From positions 6,820,001 through 6,884,000 of the forward strand of contig OZ024757.1 of assembly GCA_964016885.1 (NCBI GenBank): a DNA stretch of 64,000 bases. The letters run 5' to 3'. The notes below the pieces were generated by a model that was not told the DNA's origin, did no database searches, and worked only from the letters and a program-made list of their open reading frames with translations. Position 1 is the first letter of the stretch. Each line of letters starts with the position of its first letter. This document shows positions 30,101-42,734 of the stretch, piece after piece. This stretch comes from Eledone cirrhosa. Its lineage: Eukaryota. A program made the translations under genes and the position numbers.

Positions 30101-33100
30101 GTCTGCACATGTACCAGTAATTACAGATGGATCCCACCACGGGCGGCTGGCCCACGATCGAAAAGGTTACTCCGAAGCACACCATTCGCCGGCGGACTTC
30201 ATTTAGCATGGGCAGTTTTTCTTGAAGATCACACCACACACAGCCAATGAGTGTCCGCACATGTACCAGTAATTACAGATGGATCCCACTACGGGCGGCT
30301 GGCCCACGATCGAAAAGGTTACTCCGCCTGCAAACGGTCATTTTCGAATTCGTTTTCTTCGAAGCACACCATTCGCCGGCGGACTTCAGCTGCCTCATTT
30401 AGCATGGGCAGCTTTTCTCGAAAATCACACCACACACAGCCAATGAGTGTCCGCACATGTACCAGTAATTACAGATGGATCCCACTACGGGCGGCTGGCC
30501 CACGATCGAAAAGGTTACTCCGCCTGCAAACGGTCATTTTCGAATTCGTTTTCTTCGAAGCACACCATTCGCCGGCGGACTTCAGCTTCCTCATTTAGCA
30601 TGGGCAGTTTTTCTCGAAGATCACACCACACACAGCAAATCTGTGTCCGCACATGTACCAGTAATTACAGATCGATTCCGGTGAAAATTCACCGGAAACG
30701 GGCCATTCGGCCCTGTGCGTCGATCGTGGGCCGGCCGGATGTTGACGGATCGATGTGTAATTAGAAGTACATGTGCGGACACTCATTGGCTGTGCGTGGT
30801 ATGCATTTCAGCAAGATATCTCCGTAACATCAAGAGTTATGGCTGTGGAGGCACACCTAGTCAAACGTAAACAAGGTATGGAGCGTTTACGCTTCGCGAT
30901 TTTGTTTACGTTTGACTAGGTGTGCCTCCACAGCCACAACTCTTGATGTTACGGAGATATCTTGCTGAAATTCATACCACCCACAGCCAATGAGTGTCCG
31001 CACATGTACTTCTAATTACACATCGATCCGTCAACATCCGGCCGGCCCACGATCGACGCATAGGGCCGGATGGCCCGTTTTCAGTGAATTTTCACCGGAA
31101 TCGATCTGTAATTACTGGTACCTGTGCGGACACACATTTGCTGTGTGTGGTGTGATTTTCAAGAAGAACTGCCCATGCTAAATGAGGAAGCTGAAGTCCG
31201 CCGGCGAATGGTGTGCTTCGAAGAAAACTAATTCGAAAATGACCGTTTGCAGGCGGAGTAACCTTTTCGATCGTGGGCCAGCCGCCCGTGGTGGGATCCA
31301 TCTGTAATTACTGGTACATGTGCGGACACACATTTGCTGTGTGTGGTGTGATTTTCGAGAAAAACTGCCCATGCTAAATGAGGCAGCTGAAGTCCGCCGG
31401 CGAATGGTGTGCTTCGAAGAAAACGAATTCGAAAATGACTATTTGCCGGCGGAATCACCTTTTCGGTCCTGGTCCGGCCGGATCTTGCCGGATCGATCGG
31501 AAATTTGTGGACCATGTTCGGAAGGCCATTGTGCATGTGTGGTGAAAAAAAGTTGTGTCGAAATCTTCTCGGAAAATAACGGATCGCCGGCGGAGATTGC
31601 CATTTCGATCGTGGGCCGGCCGGATCTTGTCGGATCGATTCGGACATATGTGCATCGTGTTCGCAAGGCCCTTGTCTATGTGTGGTGTGATTTTCATAAA
31701 GAAATTCCGAAAAACCCAGTTTTAAATCTGATTTCGCCAAAGAATTTTGGCTATCAGATCGGGTTGAAAGGTATGGTTTCAAGTCGATCTGAAAGTCTAA
31801 AATGGAATTCACTCGGTTAGCTAACTTTTGATATATCGGAGATATCTTTCTGAAAATCACACCACACACTCCCAATGAGTGTCTGCACATGTACCAGTAA
31901 TTACAGATGGATCCCACCACGGGCGGCTGGCCCACGATCGAAAAGGTTACTCCGAAGCACACCATTCGCCGGCGGACTTCATTTAGCATGGGCAGTTTTT
32001 CTTGAAGATCACACCACACACAGCCAATGAGTGTCCGCACATGTACCAGTAATTACAGATGGATCCCACTACGGGCGGCTGGCCCACGATCGAAAAGGTT
32101 ACTCCGCCTGCAAACGGTCATTTTCGAATTCGTTTTCTTCGAAGCACACCATTCGCCGGCGGACTTCAGCTGCCTCATTTAGCATGGGCAGCTTTTCTCG
32201 AAAATCACACCACACACAGCCAATGAGTGTCCGCACATGTACCAGTAATTACAGATGGATCCCACTACGGGCGGCTGGCCCACGATCGAAAAGGTTACTC
32301 CGCCTGCAAACGGTCATTTTCGAATTAGTTTTCTTCGAAGCACACCATTCGCCGGCGGACTTCAGCTTCCTCATTTAGCATGGGCAGTCTTTCTCGAAAA
32401 TCACACCACACACAGCAAATGTGTGTCCGCACATGTACCAGTAATTACAGATGTATCCCACCACGGGCGGCTGGCCCACGATCGAAAAGGTTACTCCGCC
32501 TGCAAACGGTCATTTTCGAATTAGTTTTCTTCGAAGCACACCATTCGCCGGCGGACTTCAGCTTCCTCATTTAGCATGGGCAGTTTTTCGTGAAAATCAC
32601 ACCACACACAGCAAATGTGTGTCCGCACATGTACCAGTAATTACAGATCGATTCCGGTGAAAATTCACTGAAAACGGGCCATCCGGCCCTGTGCGTCGAT
32701 CGTGGGCCGGCCGGATGTTGACGGATCGATGTGTAATTAAAAGTACATGTGCGGACACTCATTGGCTGTGCGTGGTATGCATTTCAGCAAGATATCTCCG
32801 TAACATCAAGAGTTGTGGCTGTGGAGGCACACCTAGTCAAACGTAAACAAAATCGCGAAGCGTATACGCTCCAGAGCTTGTTTACGTTTGACTAGGTGTG
32901 CCTCCACAGCCATAACTCTTGATGTTACGGAGATATCTTGCTGAAATGCATACCACGCACAGCCAATGAGTGTCCGCACATGTACTTCTAATTACACATC
33001 GATCCGTCAACATCCGGCCGGCCCACGATCGACGCACAGGGCCGAATGGCCCGTTTTCAGTGAATTTTCATCGGAATCGATCTGTAATTACTGGTACATG

Positions 33101-33338
33101 TGCGGACCCACATTTGCTGTGTGTGGTGTGATTTTCGAGAAAAACTGCCCATGCTAAATGAGGCAGCTGAAGTCCGCCGGCGAATCGTGTGCTTCGAAGA
33201 AAACGAATTCGAAAATGACCATTTGCAGGCGGAGTAACCTTTTCGATCGTGGGCCAGCCGCCCGTGGTGGGATCCATCTGTAATTACTGGTACATGTGCG
33301 GACACTCATTGGCTGTGTGTGGTGTGATTTTCGAGAAA
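1..33338. repeat. Palindromic macrosatellite array, ~1780-bp unit built from 196-bp monomers; runs off the left edge
   Basis: Near-identical units. Loop starts at 425, 2402, 4182, 5962, 7742, 9522, 11302, 13082, 15058, 16641, 18421, 20200, 21979, 23758, 25537, 27316, 29095, 30875 and 32851 (spacings 1779/1780, with 1976/1977 and 1583 variants). The ORF track repeats with the same period. Confidence 0.98.
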
Positions 33339-33945
33339 GGGTCCAGGGATTAGCCTATTGGGGAGTGCCACAATTGCATTGAGAAGGCAGCGCCCGGCCT
33401 CAGTGGAGAGGGGGTATAGCAACACCTTGAGGTGGCCAGGCCGGATATCATCAGCACCTCCGCTCCTGCTAGCTAGGAAGGACTTGATGGCGGACATGAT
33501 GTTTGCATTGGAAGCCACAAGGAGCAAGTGGGGATTGGGTGGGTCTATGGGTCTGAGATCAGCAAGTGGTTCAGGGTGCTTGAGTCTCAGGGCAGCCAGG
33601 ACCTCCTCAGTGGGTTGGAGGGCAGTGTCCTCTGAGGCAACCACTCTGACTGCAGCCAAGACATCTCCCATGATTAATTTGGCGTTTACACGGTCACGCA
33701 AACGCTTGGTGCTGGAGGATTGGGGGCACCCGAGAGCGGGTGGTGTGGTGTCCTTAGGCACGCTCGGAATGGGCACTTACCCAAAGGACGAAACACTGGC
33801 CCTGACAAAGGTTGCTGTCGACCGGCCGCCTTGGACAGCTCCAAAGAAGGGCAGGCTGAGGTCGAGTGGATTCCAGGGCACTCCCAATCGAGGAACCAAG
33901 GGCATCGGCAACCGGGCTGGTCTCAGTATCCTGAGTGGGATCTAG
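33339..33945 (-). mobile_element. CRE-clade-like non-LTR retrotransposon fragment (region upstream of the RT core), 3'-truncated at the satellite
   Basis: ORF 33306-33776 has GDVLAAVRVVAS...LAALRLKHP...AIKSFLASRSGGADDIRPGHLKVLL. This resembles the KHP / SF..S.GG.DG.RP.HLK (RT domain 0) motifs of CRE-type elements. Stops and frameshifts lie upstream. Confidence 0.72.
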
Positions 33946-34414
33946 GTGATGATGACCAGTGACACTTGGGCATCAGGCAAGGGTGCTGTCTCATCTGGTG
34001 ATGTGCTAGATGGCCGTGGCTGGGCAGACGAGGTGAAGAGACAGTTTCTGCATCTCCAAAATGCGAGGTGCTGCAGGTGTCGACTGGTGGGGATGGAGGA
34101 TGGGGCACGAAGAGGCATCAGGGGTGAGTCGCTGGTTGCCACCAGCCTAGGTGCTAGGCACTAATGTGTGGGTGGAAGGGAAAGTGCTGATAAGAGGGCC
34201 TCATAGCTCACCTACATCATATATGGAGGCATCAGAAGACAGAAAAGAAGAGGGTGCATGGAGGGGGACACACAAGAAGGTAGAATGTTAGCAAATAAGA
34301 AAGCAGGGGGTTGTTCCCAGCATGAAGACCCAGAGTTCAGCACGAACACATGGGAGCATGTTAGCAGTTTCTCATAGAACCTTGTGGCTAAAGGTGAGTC
34401 TTTCAATCCTGAAA

Positions 34415-35000
34415 ACATATGTGTTGTTGTTATTGTCACTGATGCGGGAGTTGGCTTCCTCTTGTTAATGGTAGTGTTTGCTGGTAAGTTGTTGGTGTAT
34501 ACACATATGTTGTTGTTGTTAATGTCACCGCTGCTGTCACTGCCTTCCTCTTGTTGTTGGTAAGTTGTTGGTGTATACACATATGTTGTTGTTGTCAATG
34601 TCACCGCTGCTGTCACTCCCTTCCTCTTGTTAATGGTAGTGTTTGCTGGTAAGTTGTTGCTGTATACACATATGTTGTTGTTGTTAATGTCACCGCTGCT
34701 GTAGCTGCCTTCCTCTTGTTGATGGTAGTGTTTGTTGGTAAGATGTTGGTGTATACACATATGTTGTTGTTGTTAATGTCACCGCTGCTGTAGCTGCCTT
34801 CCTCTTGTTGATGGTAGTGTTTGCTGGTAAGTTGTTGCTGTATACACATATGTTGTTGTTGTTAATGTCACCGCTGCTGTCACTCCCTTCCTCTTGTTAA
34901 TGGTAGTGTTTGCTGGTAAGTTGTTGGTGTATACATATATATGTTGTTGTTGTTAATGTCACCGCTGCTGTCACTGCCTTCCTCTTGTTGATGTTGGTGG
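34415..35000. repeat. 89-bp minisatellite, about 6-7 copies
   Basis: The acacatatg core (acatatatatg in the last copy) recurs at 34501, 34577, 34666, 34755, 34844 and 34933. Confidence 0.9.
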
Positions 35001-35467
35001 TAGTTGAAACTGCTTCCTATTCGGGCTGCCAGGCTGGTTGCTGGGACTCGAACGCCTTCTTTAACCGAAGATGCGGGGTCGTTGTTATTGTCACTGTTTC
35101 TGTCGCTGCCTTCCTCTTGTTAATGGTAGTGATAATTGTTGGTGCTACCTATATCGGCTGTCAAGCTGGCTGCTGTATCAGCTTCTGTGAGTGACGCTCC
35201 AATGGCCTTCTTGACCAAAGATGTAGGTCAATGGCTTTTGGCATCGTTTGGCAACACAACGGCAAATAAATATATTCTCTATTTTTTTTTTCTTTCTTTC
35301 TAATCCGATTCAATATCATCAATTGGAAAGACCAATGGAAACATTGTTTCCCTGGTCCAATCTGATGAGTTCCACTCCACTTGCTAAGTAAGGTCTGAGA
35401 TGTTGAGATTTATTACAAAAATATCACTAAAATCAAGATACTGGGTTGGTATAACTACCTGGTTTGT

Positions 35468-35792
35468 ATGTGTCTGTTGTGGTGTGGTGTGGTGTGTTGT
35501 GGTGTTTTGATGTGGTGTGGTGTGGTGTGTTGTGGTGTGTGTTGTGGTATGTGGTGGTGTGGTATGTTGTGGTGTGTGGCGTGGTGTGGTATGTGGTGTG
35601 TTGTTGTGTGGTGTGTTGTGGTGTGGCATGATGTGTGGTGTGTTGTGGTATGTGGTGATGGGGTGTGTGGTATGTGGTGTGGTGTAGTGTGTTGTGGTGT
35701 GGTATATGATGTGGTGTGGTATGCAATGTGGTATGGTATGTGTTGTGGTGTGGTATGGTATGTGGTGTAGTGTCTTGTGGTGTGTGTGTGTG
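35468..35792. repeat. Degenerate (TGTGG)n microsatellite
   Basis: Directly visible. Confidence 0.92.
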
Positions 35793-35894
35793 CAAGGTGA
35801 TGTGTAGTGTAAAGAGGAAATTTTACGCACCTAGGACCTACAAGGGATGTGAGGACTCTACCCCCTACAACCCTCTCAGAAATAAATGGCTGAA

Positions 35895-36410
35895 GAAAAA
35901 GAGAAAGTTGTAAAGTATTTTCAAATGTGAATTATTTTTTTAAAAAGTCATAATTTCAACTGTCATGAAAGTACCATCCAACAAATATTAAAGTTATGCC
36001 ATTGTTTTTATTTACACATGTGGATATTTTGTCATAAATATAAATATAAACCAGTTAAGGTTTACTAAATAAACACATGAATGTTTTTTTTTTTTTTTAA
36101 ATGATGTAGTAATAGGGGTGTCACTGGACATTTGAAGCTTGGTGGAGCCCTTCACTCTCCAGGTTTGAACAGTTGATTTCTTCCAGATGAGAGAGAATAA
36201 GAGGGAGGAAGTGAGATAGAAATATAGAGAGGTAAAACAGACCCCAGTGATAGACTGGTATTGTTTTTTATCAACCTTGAAAGGATGAAAGAAAGTTGAC
36301 CTCAACAGGATTTAAACTCAGAGAACAGAGAACCAGAACAAATATGGCAGAAAACATTCTATCTATTGTTTTATAGACTTTAAATAAATGTTCTACTTTT
36401 AACTCAAGGC
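35895..36410. repeat. ~510-bp local duplication, copy 1 (copy 2 at ~37838-38358), including a degenerate SINE
   Basis: aaagttgtaaagtattttcaaatgtgaattattt...gaagcttggtggagcccttcactc...ctacttttaactcaa is present twice. Confidence 0.85.
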
Positions 36411-36524
36411 CAGCAATTTGAAGAGAAAGGGGAATGTTGTGAGAGCTTAACTCAAATCATGAAGACTGGAAGAGGAGATGACGAAGGAGCGCATTTAGTG
36501 GAGAGATGTCATGCTAAGAAGGAC

Positions 36525-37271
36525 CCGTCCAACCCATGCAGGCATGGATAGTACATGTAATGATGATACACAAAATATACACAATATATATATATAAATA
36601 ATATGTATATAGTGTATGTGCTACATATACACAATATATACACTATATATATATATATAAATAATATGTATATAGTGTATGTGCTACATATACACTATAT
36701 ATATATAATATGTATATAGTGTATGTGCTATATATACACAAAATATACACTATATATATACATATAAATACTATGTATATAGTGTATGTGCTACATATAC
36801 ACAATATATACACTATATATACATATATATATATAGATAGATAGATAAATATACACGGGTGTGTATGATTGTGTATAGAAGATTATATTAATAAAAGGAA
36901 TTCCAACTTTGTCTGATTTACTCGTTTTATTTACAATCCTTTAAAATGTTATAATGGTATTAGAATGAAATAGTTTGGTAGAATATTAAATGTTAAGTGT
37001 TCATTGAACAAGTACTTTCATGCTTTCGCAATCTTCAGGTTCATATTGTGTGGTGACAGTCAAGTTTGTAATTTTCACAGTTGAAAATTGCAAACTTGGC
37101 CCGTCCAACCCATGCAAGCATGGAAACGTAAATATAATGATGATACACAAAATATACACTATATATACACATATAAATATGTATATAGTGTACGTGCTAC
37201 ATATACACAATATATACACTATATATAAATACTGCATATATAGAGTATATGCTACATATAGACAATATATA

Positions 37272-37306
<35 letters not shown>

Positions 37307-37600
37307 CTATGTATATAGTGTTTGTGCTACATGTACACAATATATACACTATATATATACATATAAATATGTATATAGTGTAAGTGCTACTTATACACAA
37401 TATATACACTATATATATACATATAAATAATATGTATATAGTGTACGGGCTACATATACACAATGTATAAACTATATATATAAATACTATGTATATAGTG
37501 TAAGTGCTACATATACACAGTATATACACTATATATAAATACTGCATATATAGAGTATATGCTACATATAGACAATATATAAACTATATATATACTACAT
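36525..37600. repeat. Two blocks of AT-rich ~50-55-bp minisatellite, each preceded by an RTE 3' tail
   Basis: tatagtgtatgtgctacatatacacaatatatacac repeats follow ccgtccaacccatgca...atgatgat at ~36525 and ~37101. Confidence 0.8.
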
Positions 37601-38916
37601 ACACATTATATATAATGTTGTCCAAGGGAATAGCTGAAACAACTTGGCACCAATGACAACATAGATCATCATTTAATGTCTACTTTCCCTGCTAGCAAGG
37701 GTGGGACAGGTCTTTACAAACCAGGTTGCATATGGTCCCACATTCTACTGAGTGTATTTTATTGTGGCACCAGTACTAAAGAGGTTGTCATGTCTTTGAC
37801 AGAACTGAAGGGTCCTACCAAACCCTTGTTTGGCAAGAGAAGAAAGTTGTAAAGTATTTTCAAATGTGAATTATTTCTAAAAAAAAGTCATAATTTCAAC
37901 TGTCATGAAAGTACCATCAACAAATATTAAAGTTATAAAATTGTTTATATTTACACATAAATGTGGATATTTTGTCATAAATGTAAACATAAACCAGTTA
38001 GTGTTTGTAAAATACCACATATAAACACATCAATCTTGTTTTGTTTTTCTTGCACTGATGGAGTCATAGGGGTGTCACTGAGGGCATTTGAAGCTTGGTG
38101 GAGCCCTTCACTCACCAGGTTGGAACAGGTGATTTCTTCCAGAGAATGAGAGAGAGGAAGTGAGAAAGAAATATAGGGAGGAAGAACAGACCCCAGTGGT
38201 AGACTGGTACTTTTTTGTTATCAACCTTGAATGGATGAAAGGCAAAGTTGACCTCAGCAGGATTTAAACTCAGAGCAGAGAACCAGAACAAATATGGCAG
38301 AAAGCATTCCATCCATTGTTTTATAGACTTTAAATAAATGTTTCTACTTTTAACTCAACCCCAGTGCATTACTGGTACTTTATTTTACTGAACCTGAGGA
38401 AGAAGAGTAAAGCTAACCTCAGCAGGTTTTTAATACAGAACGTAAAGGGATGTAACTATATGACCCAAAGCATATCGTCTGACACTCTACTGATTCTGCC
38501 AATCCACCACCATCACCAATAAAATAAGATTGTGTCTCTATAAGAAACCTTAATGACAAATCTGAAGTAGAACATTCTACAGAGTGTATTTGTGGATTAC
38601 AATACAAAACCTGAGAATAATTTCCAACATATTTCACCATAATAAATGTTCATTAATATATATTATTTCGTGGCATTCTTGAGATCATTAATCCCTACCT
38701 GAACATCCCTAGACATCTGATCTATGTAGGTCATTTTCAGTCATCTCACTAGGGTTTTACTATGTTTAGGTATCCACCACAGGAGCCAGCTCATCAGGTC
38801 ATCCCTTCATTGGTAGGAATGTCTGGCATATCTTGTCCTTCGCTCCCTAGTTATTGTAGTAATCTTCAATATATGGCAGTATACTTCTTCCATTTGATAG
38901 AGTATATATATATAGA

Positions 38917-39355
38917 TGCATATGAAGGATGACAGCTGCATTAAAAGGTGCAGAGCACTAAATGTCGCTGAAAGCCTTGGAGTGGGGAGATCCAGGAAGA
39001 CCCGGGATGAGGTGATAAAAGCTGACCTTGCCCAATTGCACCTCTCAAAAGCGATGACGCAGGACGGTGCCCTCTGGCATCATGCAGTAATACAGAAGAC
39101 CTGACTTCACACGGCTACAAGCCGAAGCTGAAGCATATAGACAAATATGTCCCCATGCCCACCCACTGCAAAGTGGTCAACAAAAAAGCCCCCAGCCCCC
39201 AGAGTAAAGTGGCTGTGTAGGCACCATGGTAAAAAAAGCACCTAGCACACACAGTAAATGAGGTTTTGTGTTAAGAAGGACATCAAGCTGTAGAAATCAA
39301 GCCAAAATCAGTTCCCGTACGAGCAAGATGAGGTCTCATGACGTAAAACGGTGAT
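38917..39355 (+). mobile_element. RTE LINE 3' fragment (degenerate)
   Basis: MHMKDDSCIKRCRAL...GRSRKTRDEVIKADL matches the C-terminus of ORF 47055-47684. The 3' UTR is also similar. Confidence 0.85.
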
Positions 39356-39456
39356 AATAAGTATAAGATAAGGATTTTTCAAGCTTCACATTTTATATTC
39401 TTCCTTCCAGAGTGTGTCTGTATAGTTGTGTGTTTCACATTTCACAGTGATGGAGT

Positions 39457-40656
<1,200 letters not shown>

Positions 40657-40868
40657 TTACATAAAGGATTCTCACTACTTTTACTTATATATTAAGAAAT
40701 GTAGGTATCGTTAATAGATGCCATGTATTCTAATATACAAAGGGTCCATAAAAGACTGCAGAAGTCTGCTTTCTTCTTCTACAAGTTGTAATATAGCATT
40801 TAATTGGTACAAGTAATAAGACATATGTCAGCGTAAGACTGATCTTGGATGAAGAAAAGGCAAGTGTT

Positions 40869-40906
<38 letters not shown>

Positions 40907-41616
40907 ATTATTGTGGAATATACCACTATTATTATTGTTAAGGTGAGAGAAGCTCTATTCACAATAAAATCCTCAGCTCATAAAACAGACGAATAAGACT
41001 TCTATAGTTAAGGTTCTTGTTATTGGGGACAATTCAGGTGACAAGAGAATTAATATCCAGAATTTCAAAAGATGAAGGTTTATATATATATATATATATA
41101 CAGACATACAGTGTGTAGGTATGAGAGAGAAATAAATAAATAGACGTGTGTGTAGAAATATGTGTGTAGGTGTTGTAATAAATCAAGATATTTCACTTCA
41201 GATAGAAAAGTTCACAATGTTTGTGTTGAGGTGGAAAAGGAAATAATACGTACTTTAGTTGTCAAGACCAAATATAAAGTCAAGAAAAGTTAGTAAAAAC
41301 TAAATGTTCACTGATTTCTGATTAAAATAATATTTTCCTGTCCTGTAAAATGTTGAACAACCACTTCAATATTTAATAATACAGGTGATAAAACAACAAC
41401 TATGAGGTAAATAAGTCACCTTATGTTATTTACAAACATTAACGTCCACCTTAATATGAAATAATCACCATAAAAGATAAAATTAGATGAGGTTTAAGTT
41501 GTAACAATGGAGCTGATATAAATGGTAATATTTCACCGTCTAGTTGACACCGGTGTCATCACTTAAAAGTCCCCCACATAATTTAATACATTCAGAAACA
41601 ACTTCCGTTATATGAA

Positions 41617-41752
41617 CTAGCAGAAAACCACCCGAAAGTAGCATGTGTAGTGTGTATATTGATATTATACGCAGGTATGTATGATACATGTATATATATA
41701 CCTGCGTGTAATATCAATATACACATGCTACCTTCGGGTGGTTTTCTGCTAG
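41617..41752. repeat. Short imperfect palindrome (MITE-like)
   Basis: ctagcagaaaaccacccgaa...ttcgggtggttttctgctag, with an inner atattgatatta/taatatcaatat stem. Confidence 0.75.
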
Positions 41753-41842
41753 CATGTGTAGTGTGTATATTGATATTATACGCAAGTATATATATATACA
41801 TGTAGATATGATACATTAAATAAAATCGTAATTTACAATATA

Positions 41843-42023
41843 TAATTGTTTCTACGTTAGGCACAAGGCCAGCAAATACTCAGTGTATTACTGGTACTTT
41901 ATTTTATCGACCCCGTAAGGATGAAAGGCAAAGTTAACATCGGCGGGATTTGAACTCAGAATGGCAAGGGCCGTAACTCTATGCGTCAAAGTATGGCGTC
42001 CGACCCTCTACCAATCCACCGCC
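41843..42023 (-). mobile_element. tRNA-derived SINE
   Basis: B-box gagttcaaatcc on the minus strand and core gcctttcatccttacggggtcgataaaataaagtaccag (Meta-domain-like). Many copies in the window. Confidence 0.85.
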
Positions 42024-42548
42024 TTGACAATATATAATACACAGAAATTGAACGAAGACTGTTTTACACTGTCTTATATAATCAGTAACGTAATCCATGA
42101 TACATTAAAAAAGACGATATTATATATAAACTGCATTAGGAGAAAATTAGTGACAGAAAATTAATAGTTTATTGAAGTGATGGCCAACCGGAAGTGTTGG
42201 CATTTCAGAAATTTTAAAGAAGTGAATCTTTAAATAAACAAAATATATTTAATCAACGGCCACGAAATTTAGTAGATAAATTATGTAATATTCATTAATT
42301 ATTTATTCAAAGTAATCCAACTTATTTTACTAATGGGATAAACAATTATAAACCGTACAAGTCCCGTACTCATCCTTTTATTATAGTTTAGATTCATACG
42401 TTCAATAGATATGCTAGTACTTTATTCAGATTTGAATAAATAACGTTATTAATGTTATATAACTGTTCATATTAAACCAAAACACATTATTAAAGGTAAT
42501 AAAATATTTAAGTATTGGAAAAAAAAAAAACGAATCAAGCAACGAAAA

Positions 42549-42734
42549 TAATTGTTTCTACTTTTGGCACAAGGCCAGCAATCATCCTAGTGCATTACTG
42601 GTACTTTATTTTATCGACCTCGTAAGGATGAAACGCAAAGTTAACCTCGGCGGGATTTGAACTCAGATCATAAAGGGAGGAAACTCTATGCTACAAAGCA
42701 TGGCGTCCAACGCTCTACCGATACTGCCAATCCA
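42549..42734 (-). mobile_element. tRNA-derived SINE, same family
   Basis: Same core and B-box. Confidence 0.85.

Noticed and set aside
32821-32910. Integrated parvovirus or Polinton concatemer as the explanation of flip/flop
   Set aside because: No Rep/NS1, capsid or polymerase coding sequence is present in the window. Kept only as an analogy.
145-33305. Numerous recurring ORFs of 62-270 aa in the satellite
   Set aside because: They overlap on both strands and frames, repeat with the monomer, open and close with single variants, and contain no recognisable domain.
1-33338. CRISPR array, or rDNA/5S/snRNA/histone tandem gene cluster
   Set aside because: There are no unique spacers or cas genes, and I recognised no rRNA, tRNA, snRNA or histone sequence in the unit.
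35330-35375. Possible hammerhead (gaaac...ctgatgag)
   Set aside because: The stems do not pair in any permutation I could build.
34212-35830. His/Thr-, Cys/Val- and Asn/Gln-rich ORFs
   Set aside because: They are translations of mini- and microsatellites. The same applies to the YI-repeat ORFs and to 60199-61210.
42186-42196. ETS-like ccggaagt (and tgacgtca near 63600) as promoters
   Set aside because: Single short motifs without transcript evidence are not enough to call a promoter.
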